This document shows positions 19,641-31,784 of a stretch of 64,000 bases of DNA, piece by piece (position 1 is the stretch's first letter; every line of letters begins with the position of its first letter). The position numbers and the translations under genes were made by a program. The notes beneath the pieces were generated by a model, which saw nothing but the letters and a program-made list of their open reading frames with translations, did no database searches and had not been told where the DNA came from. Source of the stretch: Planctomycetota bacterium (GTDB lineage: Bacteria; Planctomycetota; UBA1135; UBA2386); NCBI GenBank assembly GCA_965228735.1, contig OZ245838.1:3456001-3520000 (forward strand). The letters run 5' to 3'.

Positions 19641-20270
19641 ATGGACGGCTCACCGCCCGACCACATGAGCGAATCCAGCCTGCCGCTCGTCTCACTCGCC
19701 CGGGACAATGATCGCGCCGCGGTCGAGAAGCTGCTCGTCCGCCACCTCCCCGGTCTGCAGGGCTGGCTGCGCCTGCGCATGGGCGCGCAACTGCGCCGTC
19801 GCGAGACCGAAGAGGACCTCGTGCAGTCGATCGCGCGCGAGGTGCTCGGCGATCTGACGGACTTCGAGTGGCGCGGCGAGGCCGCGTTCCGCCACTGGCT
19901 CTACATCAAGGCCCAGCGCAAGCTCGTCGACAAGGCACGCCATACGGGTGCGGCGCGACGCAACCCGGCGCGCGAAGAGCCGATGCACGATCGTTCGGCG
20001 GAGCACGCGATCGTCGGTGACCTGCTGTCGCCGAGCGCCGCGGCGATCGGTCAGGAAGAAGCCGAACGCATCGAAGCCGCGTTCCGCGAACTGCCGACCG
20101 ATTACCAGGACGCGATCAGCATGCAGCGCCTCTGCGGCCTCGACTTCCACGAGATCGGCGAACGCATGGGCCGCACACCGAGCGCGGTGCGCAACCTCGT
20201 CTATCGTGGGTTGTCACGACTGGCGCTGCGCATCGCGGCGCTCAAGCGCGAGTCCGAGTCGACGCAGTAG
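19641..20270 (+). CDS. ECF-type sigma-70 factor (start ATG 19641 or 19665)
   Basis: Region 2 EDLVQS...FRHWLY; region 4 LPTDYQDAI...EIGERMGRTPSAVRNLVYRGL. Confidence 0.92.
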   Translation: MDGSPPDHMSESSLPLVSLARDNDRAAVEKLLVRHLPGLQGWLRLRMGAQLRRRETEEDLVQSIAREVLGDLTDFEWRGEAAFRHWLYIKAQRKLVDKARHTGAARRNPAREEPMHDRSAEHAIVGDLLSPSAAAIGQEEAERIEAAFRELPTDYQDAISMQRLCGLDFHEIGERMGRTPSAVRNLVYRGLSRLALRIAALKRESESTQ

Positions 20271-20304
20271 GTGGCGAAGAAGCAGGCCCGGCCGCAGCCT
20301 GGCG

Positions 20305-20533
20305 TCACGCCGACCGGAAGAGGCGACGGGCCGTCAACAAGACCAGCAGGAACAGCCCGCTGCTGACCAGGAACAAGCCGCCGCCGACGATCGGATACAG
20401 CAATCCGCCGATCGACAGGCCGAGGATCGACACGAGCGACCCCGCGCTCGACATGCTGCCTTGCACCGCGCCCTGCGCCGCCGCCGGCGGGGCGGCTCCC
20501 GCGAACTCGGAAAAGTCGTGCGAGGAAGCGAGG
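20305..20533 (-). pseudogene. Remnant of the C-terminus of an MFS (TetA-like) transporter
   Basis: QGAVQGSMSSAGSLVSILGLSIGGLLY...GGGLFL resembles MFS TM11-12. There is no N-terminal part or plausible start, and an apparent 1-nt frameshift at the A-run 20511-20514. Confidence 0.5.
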
Positions 20534-20595
20534 ACTTCGGCGCGCGCTGGCACTGCTGACGGACAGACGCAGTCCCGTTTCCCCGATCTCGAACG

Positions 20596-23016
20596 ATGCT
20601 CCGCACCTTCCTCACATTCACTCTCTCCGCGACCGCTCTGCTGGCTCAGCGGCCGCCATCCGAGGCCGCCGCACCGCTGCCGTCGTCGCCCGCCATCGGC
20701 CAGGACGTCGCAGCCCGGCACGCGGCGCTCACCCAGCAGGATGGAACCGGTCCGATCGCCGGCGAATCGGGCTGGACGCCGCCGCCCGTCGGTGTCGAGA
20801 TCCACACGGCCGACGCCGATCCGGTCGGCGGTGAGTACGGCATCTGGGCCGCGGGTCAGGACTACAAGGTCTCGTTCCACGACGGCGCGACGTACGTCCC
20901 GTATCTCGGGCGGGACTACCCGCACAACCAGCCGTTCCGGTGGTCCACGACCTCGGTCACGGTCGGCGAGCACGAACTCGTGACCCGGGCAGCACCGCGG
21001 CAACGCCGCATGAGCGCGACGCGCTACGAGTACGACCACGGCGGCGTCGTCGAAGCCTACGACGTGCTGCTCGAGGGCCTCGAGCAGACGTTCGTCATCG
21101 CCGAACGGCCGACGACCACCGGCGATCTCGTCGTCCGCGGCACCGTCGGCACCCAGCTCACGGCCCAGCTAGTCGAGAACGCACACACGGATGTCCGCTT
21201 CTTCGATCACAACGGGGACCCGATCCTGACCTACGGCAAGGCCACGGCGCTCGATGCGGCCGGCAGCTCGATGCCGATGACGACGACGTTCCATGACGGT
21301 GCGTTCGAGCTGCGGCTCGACGGACAGTGGCTGCAGAGCGCGACGTATCCGGTCGTCGTCGATCCGCTGATGTTCAGCAACGTGCTGCTCAACACCTGGG
21401 GTCAGCCGTTCGGCTACTCGATCGCACTCGACGTCCTGCGGGAAGAAGAACGCAGCACGGACAACGTCTGGATCTGCTACACGCGCCAGGTCTCCGCGAC
21501 CGACGAGGACGTCTGGGTCATGCGGACCAACGACGATCTCCCGAGCTCGCTGTTCGTCGTCGCGTTCACGGACATCACGACGAGCTGGGGCAACGAGTCG
21601 TGCGCCCTCGCCACCGCCGACTCGCGCGTCGTCTGCGCGTTCGTCCGCAACATGGGCAACTTCCGCCACGTGCGCTGGCACACCCATCAGGTGAACGATC
21701 TCAACTTCCGTTCCGGCGTCGGCTACTTCAACACGTCGAACAAGGCGTGGCGGGTCGACGTCGGCGGCAACCGCGGCAACACGCCGGGGCAGCGCGTGCT
21801 CGTGGTCTACCAGCACGAGCAGGACACCGGCGGCGCGTTCGCGAACACGAGCGAGAGCGAGAGCCGCGGCTTCTACATCGACCTCGCCGGCATCAGCGGG
21901 CAACTCGGCCAGGGCAATGACGTCGACCCGTTCACGATCCTCGCCGCTTCGAACAACGACTGCGAACGCCCCCGCGTGAACCAGGTCGCCGACGGCTACG
22001 GCGGCAACCACTGGTGCGTGACGCATCAGTACGTCGAATCCAACGATCCGACCGACGACTGGGACGCCTACATCGACATCTGGGGCGAATCCGGCAACCT
22101 GCTCGCCTACGCCGACCTCGCGCCGAACAACGGCAAGCACAAGCTCGGGCCGATCCCGGCCGGCAGTCGCGGCCGCTACCTCGTCGTCTACGGCGGCGCC
22201 GACGCGACGCTCGGACCGCAGACCACGATCGTCGGGTTCGAGATCAACACCCAGCGCATCGACTTCTCCACGACCGCCGGCATCACGTTCCCGCACCCCG
22301 AGCATCGCCTCCTGACGAGCTCGAGCCGACGCCTCGAGACCAAGGCGATCGCGTTCGACCACAACTCGCGCAGCCACTGGCTCGTGGTCAACCGCTCGAG
22401 CAACATCCTGTTCGCCGACCAACTCGGATACCGCGGCGCCTACGAGGAGTTCGACAACTTCATCCAAGGGCCGAGCAACGTCACCACCGTCCGTCAGGCC
22501 GCGATCGGGTTCAACGACGACGACGACACCTACATCCTCGTCGGCTCCGAGTTCGCGACCGGCAGCCACCCGATCCGCGGCAACATCTGGAGCAACCCGA
22601 CGATCCCCGGGCCGACGACCGCGGGCATCGCGTGCAGCTCCGCGAGCCCGATGTGGGAGCCGACCGGGTTCAACCCCAACCTGCAGCGCATCGGCTACGA
22701 GTTCGGCGGCGTCACGGTCTACGGGGTTCCGAGCAACGGCCTCGTCGTGCTCGGAGCCTCGCTCAACACGGCGAACATCTCGATCGGCAACATTCCCGGC
22801 GTCGGGTCGGGTTGCACCCAGCTGATCTCCAACACCGCGGGCTTCCTCGGCTTCCTGCCGATCCGCATCGCCGGCCCGCTCAATGCCGTGCGCTGGAACC
22901 TGCCGCTCGCCGAGAACTTCTTCCCGACGACGCTGCACTTCCAGGCGTTCCATCTCGACGCGTCGTCCTCCGTGTTCCTCAGCACGAAGCGCCTGTCGGT
23001 TCCCATCAACTACTGA
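20596..23016 (+). CDS. Large secreted hypothetical protein (806 aa) with a Cys-pair C-terminal domain
   Basis: Signal peptide MLRTFLTFTLSATALLAQ; GLEQTFVI..RP and YPVVVDP motifs seen in DUF7948-like N-terminal domains; strong GC3 bias. Confidence 0.8.
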   Translation: MLRTFLTFTLSATALLAQRPPSEAAAPLPSSPAIGQDVAARHAALTQQDGTGPIAGESGWTPPPVGVEIHTADADPVGGEYGIWAAGQDYKVSFHDGATYVPYLGRDYPHNQPFRWSTTSVTVGEHELVTRAAPRQRRMSATRYEYDHGGVVEAYDVLLEGLEQTFVIAERPTTTGDLVVRGTVGTQLTAQLVENAHTDVRFFDHNGDPILTYGKATALDAAGSSMPMTTTFHDGAFELRLDGQWLQSATYPVVVDPLMFSNVLLNTWGQPFGYSIALDVLREEERSTDNVWICYTRQVSATDEDVWVMRTNDDLPSSLFVVAFTDITTSWGNESCALATADSRVVCAFVRNMGNFRHVRWHTHQVNDLNFRSGVGYFNTSNKAWRVDVGGNRGNTPGQRVLVVYQHEQDTGGAFANTSESESRGFYIDLAGISGQLGQGNDVDPFTILAASNNDCERPRVNQVADGYGGNHWCVTHQYVESNDPTDDWDAYIDIWGESGNLLAYADLAPNNGKHKLGPIPAGSRGRYLVVYGGADATLGPQTTIVGFEINTQRIDFSTTAGITFPHPEHRLLTSSSRRLETKAIAFDHNSRSHWLVVNRSSNILFADQLGYRGAYEEFDNFIQGPSNVTTVRQAAIGFNDDDDTYILVGSEFATGSHPIRGNIWSNPTIPGPTTAGIACSSASPMWEPTGFNPNLQRIGYEFGGVTVYGVPSNGLVVLGASLNTANISIGNIPGVGSGCTQLISNTAGFLGFLPIRIAGPLNAVRWNLPLAENFFPTTLHFQAFHLDASSSVFLSTKRLSVPINY

Positions 23017-23030
23017 TCGGCGCTGCGGCC

Positions 23031-23606
23031 CTACGCGTCGGGCGGCGGGTTCATCAGCAGGCCGAGCTTGGTGATGGCCCGCCCGAGCACGTTGCGCACG
23101 GCCGAGACCGTGCGCCCGAGGTGCTCGGCGATGTCGCTGTGCGGCATCCCGACGATGCGCGCGAGGACGACGATCTCGCGATAGTCCTCCGGCAGTTCGG
23201 CGAGCGCCGCCTCCAGCCTCTCGACCTCCTCCTGCCCCATGACCTCACGACTCGGTGACAGCCCCTCGTACAGCGCGCCCGACGGCAGCTCGGCCTCGCG
23301 CCGGACGTCGCGCTTCTCGCGGCCGAAGAAGCGGGCGCGCTCGCGCAGCTTGTTCATCGCCGCGGTGAGCAGCCAGCTCAGGAACGGGCCTTCGCCGCGG
23401 AACTCGAACCGGTCGCGTTCTTCGAGGACCTCGCGACACACCGACTGCACGACGTCGACGGAGGCTTCGCGCCGGCGCAAACCCGGCCCCATGTTGACCC
23501 GCACGTACGCGTGCAGCCGCGGCAGGAAGCGCGCGACCATCCGGTCGACGGCGTCCTCGTCACCCGCCGTCGCGCTGCGTTGCAGATCCTCGAACTCCTC
23601 GGCCAC
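23031..23606 (-). CDS. ECF-type sigma-70 factor
   Basis: GTG 23606; VDVVQS...[17 protein letters not shown]...[19 protein letters not shown]. Confidence 0.9.
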   Translation of the reverse strand: MAEEFEDLQRSATAGDEDAVDRMVARFLPRLHAYVRVNMGPGLRRREASVDVVQSVCREVLEERDRFEFRGEGPFLSWLLTAAMNKLRERARFFGREKRDVRREAELPSGALYEGLSPSREVMGQEEVERLEAALAELPEDYREIVVLARIVGMPHSDIAEHLGRTVSAVRNVLGRAITKLGLLMNPPPDA

Positions 23607-23657
23607 GCTATCAGCGTAGCTCGATACGATCGTGCGGGAACCGGAATCGGCGCCGCG

Positions 23658-26873
<3,216 letters not shown>

Positions 26874-26932
26874 GTCGCGAACCGCGATCGCCAGTGACCC
26901 CCGATCGCCCATGAACCGCGATCGAGGGGCGC

Positions 26933-28414
26933 TCAGCGCCGCGGCCGTTGCTGCAGCAGGTAGAACAGCAGGTTGTTGGTGAACAGCGGATTGCTCGTCA
27001 GGCCGATGTGGTCGTCGGCGAGGAACGTCACGCTGTCCCAGTCGACCGGCGAATCGATGAAGCCCTGGCCCATGATCTTCATGTTGGCGAGCGCGCTGAA
27101 CCGCGGCACGGTGCCGTCGCCGAACTCGTAGACGTCGCCGGAGAAAAGCGGCCGCAGGCGGTCGCCGTCGCGCGCCATCCGAACCCGAGCGAGCGTCGGA
27201 ATCGTGTCCGAGGCGAACAACCGCATCTCGACCGGGCTCGGCGTCGGCGGCACGACGTCCAACGCGCGATGGAACCGCGCGGCGACGTCGAGGTTGCGCG
27301 CCAGCAGCCCGCGCGCGCGGTCTCGGCGCGCGGCCGGATCCGGCTCGTCCGGCATGAGCCACTCGAGGTATCGCGCGGAATCGGGATCGAGCAGCCCCCA
27401 CCCGTTGTCGTCCCAGGTCGCGACGTCGAAGAGATCCAGCGCGAGCGGCGCGCCGTTCTCGTCGACCACGAGCCCCATGCCGTTGCGCGGCAGCAACTCG
27501 TAGATCGAGGTCATCGTGCCGAGCAACGCGCGGTCGTAGTGCGGCAACAGTGTCGCGGGCTGGAACCCGTTCAACAGGTTGGCCAGCGACTCCATCGAAC
27601 CGAGGTTGGGCGTGCCGACCATCACGAGCCGGTCGACCTGTTCGGCGCCGGCCCAGGTCACCTCGGGTGCTGCGCCGGCGGCGGGCAGCGGCGCGTCGCC
27701 GTAGCGCAGGTAGTAGCGCGCGACGAGCCCGCCCATCGAGTGCGCGACGAGATCGAACTTCCAGTCGCTCGCGAGCCACGCCTCGATCTCGGCGGCCTCC
27801 TGCAGCGCCGCGGCGTCACCACGTTCGCGCAGCGTATCGACCCGCCCCTGCGCGGACTGGTTGATCTTCGCGCGCGTCGCCGTGAGGTAGTCGTGCAGCG
27901 CGAGCGCGTTGTCCGCGCAGTCACGCCGCCAGTCGTAGAAGAACGTCCAGCACGTGTAGTGGTCCTCGTTGTAGGCCGGAGTCCCCGGATCGAGGAGCAC
28001 CTTGTCGGTGAAGCCGCCGACGCCGAGCGAGCGCAGGATGTTGGCGTAGACGCTGACGTTGATGACGGTGAAGAACAGATCGAGCTCGATCGCGCCGAGC
28101 GGCCCGGACGGATAGACGTCGTAGTCGAGCTCGTCGAGCGCCGGCGTCATCGGCAGCGCGAGAGCGCGTGCGCCCGCCGGTGTCGCCGGGTCGATCGATT
28201 CGCCCGTGAACGCGCCCCAGACCGTCTTGCCCGTCGACCGCTGCTCGAGCCTGGAGCCGAGGATGCCGTGCATCACGATCACCGGGTTGCGAACGTAGGT
28301 GTGCGCCGCGGATTCGTAGATCTCCTGGATCGCTGGCTCGGCGTCGCGGAACGAGCTGCAGCCGCCGGCGACGACCAGCGGAACGAACGACAGGGACAGG
28401 ACGAGGCGCTTCAT
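26933..28414 (-). CDS. Lipoprotein lipase/acyltransferase (LCAT/PGAP1-like alpha/beta hydrolase)
   Basis: ATG 28414; lipobox AGGC; HGILGS, YDWRR, AHSMGG, GTPNLGS, GDGTVP and C-terminal His. Confidence 0.9.
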   Translation of the reverse strand: MKRLVLSLSFVPLVVAGGCSSFRDAEPAIQEIYESAAHTYVRNPVIVMHGILGSRLEQRSTGKTVWGAFTGESIDPATPAGARALALPMTPALDELDYDVYPSGPLGAIELDLFFTVINVSVYANILRSLGVGGFTDKVLLDPGTPAYNEDHYTCWTFFYDWRRDCADNALALHDYLTATRAKINQSAQGRVDTLRERGDAAALQEAAEIEAWLASDWKFDLVAHSMGGLVARYYLRYGDAPLPAAGAAPEVTWAGAEQVDRLVMVGTPNLGSMESLANLLNGFQPATLLPHYDRALLGTMTSIYELLPRNGMGLVVDENGAPLALDLFDVATWDDNGWGLLDPDSARYLEWLMPDEPDPAARRDRARGLLARNLDVAARFHRALDVVPPTPSPVEMRLFASDTIPTLARVRMARDGDRLRPLFSGDVYEFGDGTVPRFSALANMKIMGQGFIDSPVDWDSVTFLADDHIGLTSNPLFTNNLLFYLLQQRPRR

Positions 28415-28440
28415 CGGGCTGGAATGTAGCATTACGACCG

Positions 28441-29697
28441 ATGCTGACCGTGGTGCCCATTCTCCTGACTTCGGCCCTCGCGGTGCCCACGCCGCAGGGA
28501 CCGTCACAGGGACCGTCGCAGGCGAGCCCGGATCCACAGTTCGTCGCCTGGCGGGATCACATCGTGCCAACGGTCGCGGAGTGGCGCTGGCAGCAGATCG
28601 ACTGGCGGCCGACGCTCGGGGCCGGCCTGCGCGCCGCCGCGGCAGCCAGGAAGCCGCTGTTGCTCTGGCTCATGAACGGCCACCCGCTCGGCTGCACTTG
28701 AGGCAACGGAGTCCGGGACCGGCGGGTCTGGTCCGACGAACGACTGCAGGAGCTGGCCACGAACTTCGTGCCCGCGGCCGACGAGGTGTGGCGGCTGCAG
28801 CGCGACGACGAACCGGAGTGCCGCTGGTTCCGCGAAGCCGTGCGCGGTGACCGCTTGCCGAGCCGCGGCTCGATGCAGGGCACCTACGTGCTCACGCCGG
28901 GCGGCGAATGCCTCGGCCGGATCAACTCGGGTGATCCGGAGAAGGTCGCCAGCATGCTCACGGCGGCGCTGACGAAGTGGCGCGCGCGACCGGCGCCCGA
29001 CGATGCCGACGCTGCGGCACCACCGCCGGCCCCGGGTCATCGCTGGGAGCAGAGCTACCCCTCGGACGGTCTCGTGCTCGAACGCTTCGCGCGCGACGTC
29101 GGCGCGGCCCCCACCGAGGAACCGCGTCGCCCGGTGAATCGCGACGCCGTGTGGTTCAGTGCCGAGGAAGCGACCGGCTGGCTGCCCGGCGAGCCCGAGG
29201 TCGGGCAGAAGGGCAAGGTCGCGCCGATCGTCGTCCTGCGTCTCGCACGCACCGCGTTCGTCGACAACGTGCGCGGCCAGACGCTACCGTTCGCCGCCGC
29301 CGAGATCGATCGCGCCGATCTGCTCTACACGGTGCGCGCGGTGGACGACGAGCACGTCGCGTTCGAACTGCGCGGCACCACCCGGGCGGAGGCCGGGGGT
29401 CCGTGGCTCGGCGGCGAGTCCTACTGGCGACCCAAGCGCGAGTGGCCACGATCGCTCGCCACGGGCATGCGCGGTCACGCCATCTGGGATCGCACCGCGC
29501 GCCGGTTCGTCGCGTTCGAGCTCGTCGCGCTCGGCACGCGCCGCGGCCGCACGGCGTTCAACGGTCGCGCGCGCGAAGAGGCCGCGAGCATGCACCGCAT
29601 CGGGTTCGCGCTCCGACTCGCGCCGGCAGAGTTCCGCGTCGCACCGACGTTCGTGAACGTCTACGACGCGGACTGGGTCACGCACCCGGCGAAGTAG
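28441..29697 (+). CDS. Predicted selenoprotein (418 aa, Sec87 at TGA 28699-28701) with an N-terminal thioredoxin-like domain, C-T-U motif
   Basis: ORFs 28441-28701 and 28768-29697 are in the same frame, separated only by one TGA. Read-through gives KPLLLWLMNGHPLGCT-U-GNGVRDRRVWSDERLQELATNFVP; a SECIS-like hairpin follows. Confidence 0.85.
28711..28737 (+). promoter_or_regulatory. Putative bacterial SECIS element
   Basis: GTC-(CG bulge)-GGACCGG-[CGGGT]-CTGGTCC-GAC; the apical loop starts at +22 after UGA with G at loop position 2. Confidence 0.72.
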
Positions 29698-29734
29698 TCC
29701 AACGCCGGGTGGCACCCGCCAGGCATCGACCGCC

Positions 29735-30151
29735 TCAGCGGCCGAGCACCTGTTGGATCGCCTTGGTCACACCAGCCTCGGTCTGGTTGTGACCCGACTC
29801 CTTCCACAGCAACTTCCCCTCGGCGTCGGTAATCACCATCCCGTGGATGTTGAGCTCGTGCTTGGCGATCAACGCCTGCGACTCGTCGGTGTAGTGCTCG
29901 AGCACCTGGAACTTCATGGCATCACCGAACTGCGTTTCGAGCCCATTCACGATGGGCACCACTGCACCGCAGCGCGGTCAATTCTCCATGTTGATGTAGG
30001 TGAGGATCGGCATCGCGCCGGCCTTCGGCTTCTCGCCGGCCTCCGCGATGTTGGAACCGGCATCCGCCGGGTCGGACTTCGGCGTCTCGCTCGTGCAGCC
30101 GAATGTCACGGCACAGAGCGCGGTCAACGCCAGGATGAGGATGAGTCGCAT
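29735..30151 (-). CDS. Predicted selenoprotein: thioredoxin-like lipoprotein (138 aa) with a UxxC motif (Sec58 at TGA 29980-29978)
   Basis: ATG 30151 (MRLILILALTALCAVTFGC). The in-frame TGA gives ILTYINMEN-U-PRC-GAVVPIVNGLETQF...MVITDAEGKLLWKESG, a complete Trx fold. Confidence 0.92.
29929..29974 (-). promoter_or_regulatory. Putative bacterial SECIS element
   Basis: On the mRNA: upper stem GCCCAU-[CGUGA]-AUGGGC (29957-29941), lower stem GCUGCG/CGCAGU; the loop starts at +27 after UGA with G at loop position 2. Confidence 0.72.
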
Positions 30152-30340
30152 GGGAGAGACGATAGGTGGCGACGCGGGCGAACGCCAACCGTGGTCACCC
30201 TGCGACCGTCGAGCAATTCGACGATTCCGCGTTCGGACCGAGGGTTTGCTCAAGTGACTCCGGTTCCCTCCCGATAGTGCCAGGTGGCGGCGACAGCTGC
30301 CGGCGATCGGCGACGATCGTCAACACAGGGAGGGACCGTC

Positions 30341-31741
30341 ATGGTCGTTGAAGCAACCTGGGCGCGAACAGCGCATGGTGTGCTGTTCATCTTCGTGACC
30401 ACGCCCCTGCTCGCGCAGGGCACGTGGAGCTCGGACCCCACGGCCGGCGCGCCGCAGTCGCTCGCGCGACATGCGGCGGCGTATGACCTGCAGCGCCAGA
30501 TGATGGTGCTGTTCGGCGGCCACGACCAGCAATACCAGGTGCTGGCCTCGACGTGGGAGTTCGATGGCGTGACCTGGACGCCGCGCTTCTCGTTCGTCAC
30601 ACCCCCGGCCCGACAGGCCGCCGCGATGGTCTATGACGCGATCCGCGGCCGAATGCTCTTGTTCGGCGGCGCACCGACGACGCAGGTCAACGGTCCGCTC
30701 GACGACACGTGGGAGTACGACGGCAACACGTGGACGCAGCTCGCACCGGCGACCACCCCACCACCGCGATACTCGCACGCCATGTGCTATGACCTCGCGC
30801 AGGGCGTGACCGTCATGTTCGGCGGCCGCATGGCGAGCAACATGATCAGTGGTGACACGTGGTTGTGGGACGGTTCGAACTGGCAGCAGCAAGCCGGTCC
30901 GGGACCGTCCCCACGAACGCGGCACGCGATCGCCTACGATCTCAATCGCAACCGCAGCGTGCTCTTCGGCGGCTACGACGGCGGGACGACACTCGGGGAC
31001 ACCTGGGAGTGGAACGGCGCGAGCTGGAGCCAGCACGCGACGACCGCAGTCGTGGCACCACCCGCGCGCTCGGGACACGGCATGGCCGCCGACCTGTCAC
31101 GTTCGGTGATCGTCATGCACGGCGGCATGCCGGGCGGCACCGACACCTGGGAGTGGGATGGCACGACGTGGAGCCAGCACGGCTCGACGGCGACGCCCAA
31201 GACGGACCACTCGATCATCTACGACGCCCGACTGCAGCGCACGACGCTGTACGGCGGCATGCATCCGCTGCCGCCGATGGCGCTCGCATCGGAGACCGCG
31301 ACCTACGGGCAGCCAGTGCCCGGCACGTTCACGCCGCGCGGCGGCAGCTGCCCGGCGTCCTTTGGCACACCGCAGCTCGCCGCACCGACGACCGGGGTGA
31401 CGGGCCCCGTCATGGGCCAGTCCGCGAACGTGTTCGTCACGAGCACGTGGCTGCACACGTGGTTCGTGCTCGGCTGGTCCGAATCGTTCGACGGCACGAC
31501 CCCGCTGCCACTCAACCTCGCGGGCCACGGCATGCCGGGTTGCGAGCTGCAGGTCAGTCAGGACTCGATCACGAGCGTGCCGCCGCAGAACGGCGTCAGC
31601 ACGCTGACGATCCACGTGCCGTCGAACCCGTTCCTGGTGGGGCTGCGGTTCTACGTCCAGGGGTTCGTCCTCGACCCCGCGGCCAATCCGCGGGGCTTCG
31701 CGACGACGAATCGCCTCGCGGCATTCATCGGCCGCAACTGA
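30341..31741 (+). CDS. Secreted Kelch-like beta-propeller protein with a Cys-pair C-terminal domain
   Basis: GGAGG RBS before ATG 30341; six repeats of P.R..HAM.YD......LFGG....DTWEWDG..W. Confidence 0.88.
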   Translation: MVVEATWARTAHGVLFIFVTTPLLAQGTWSSDPTAGAPQSLARHAAAYDLQRQMMVLFGGHDQQYQVLASTWEFDGVTWTPRFSFVTPPARQAAAMVYDAIRGRMLLFGGAPTTQVNGPLDDTWEYDGNTWTQLAPATTPPPRYSHAMCYDLAQGVTVMFGGRMASNMISGDTWLWDGSNWQQQAGPGPSPRTRHAIAYDLNRNRSVLFGGYDGGTTLGDTWEWNGASWSQHATTAVVAPPARSGHGMAADLSRSVIVMHGGMPGGTDTWEWDGTTWSQHGSTATPKTDHSIIYDARLQRTTLYGGMHPLPPMALASETATYGQPVPGTFTPRGGSCPASFGTPQLAAPTTGVTGPVMGQSANVFVTSTWLHTWFVLGWSESFDGTTPLPLNLAGHGMPGCELQVSQDSITSVPPQNGVSTLTIHVPSNPFLVGLRFYVQGFVLDPAANPRGFATTNRLAAFIGRN

Positions 31742-31784
31742 GAACGCGGTTGTCGCATGCGCCGCCGCCTTGTTGGATGCGGCC

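Noticed and set aside
26879..26924. 12-bp direct repeat GAACCGCGATCG between convergent genes
   Set aside because: Short and GC-rich with two copies only; could be chance or part of a terminator hairpin.
28441..30253. Interpretation as four small hypothetical genes or two nonsense pseudogenes
   Set aside because: The fragments are in frame, the TGAs are at redox-motif positions, SECIS-like hairpins follow, and there is no other sign of decay.
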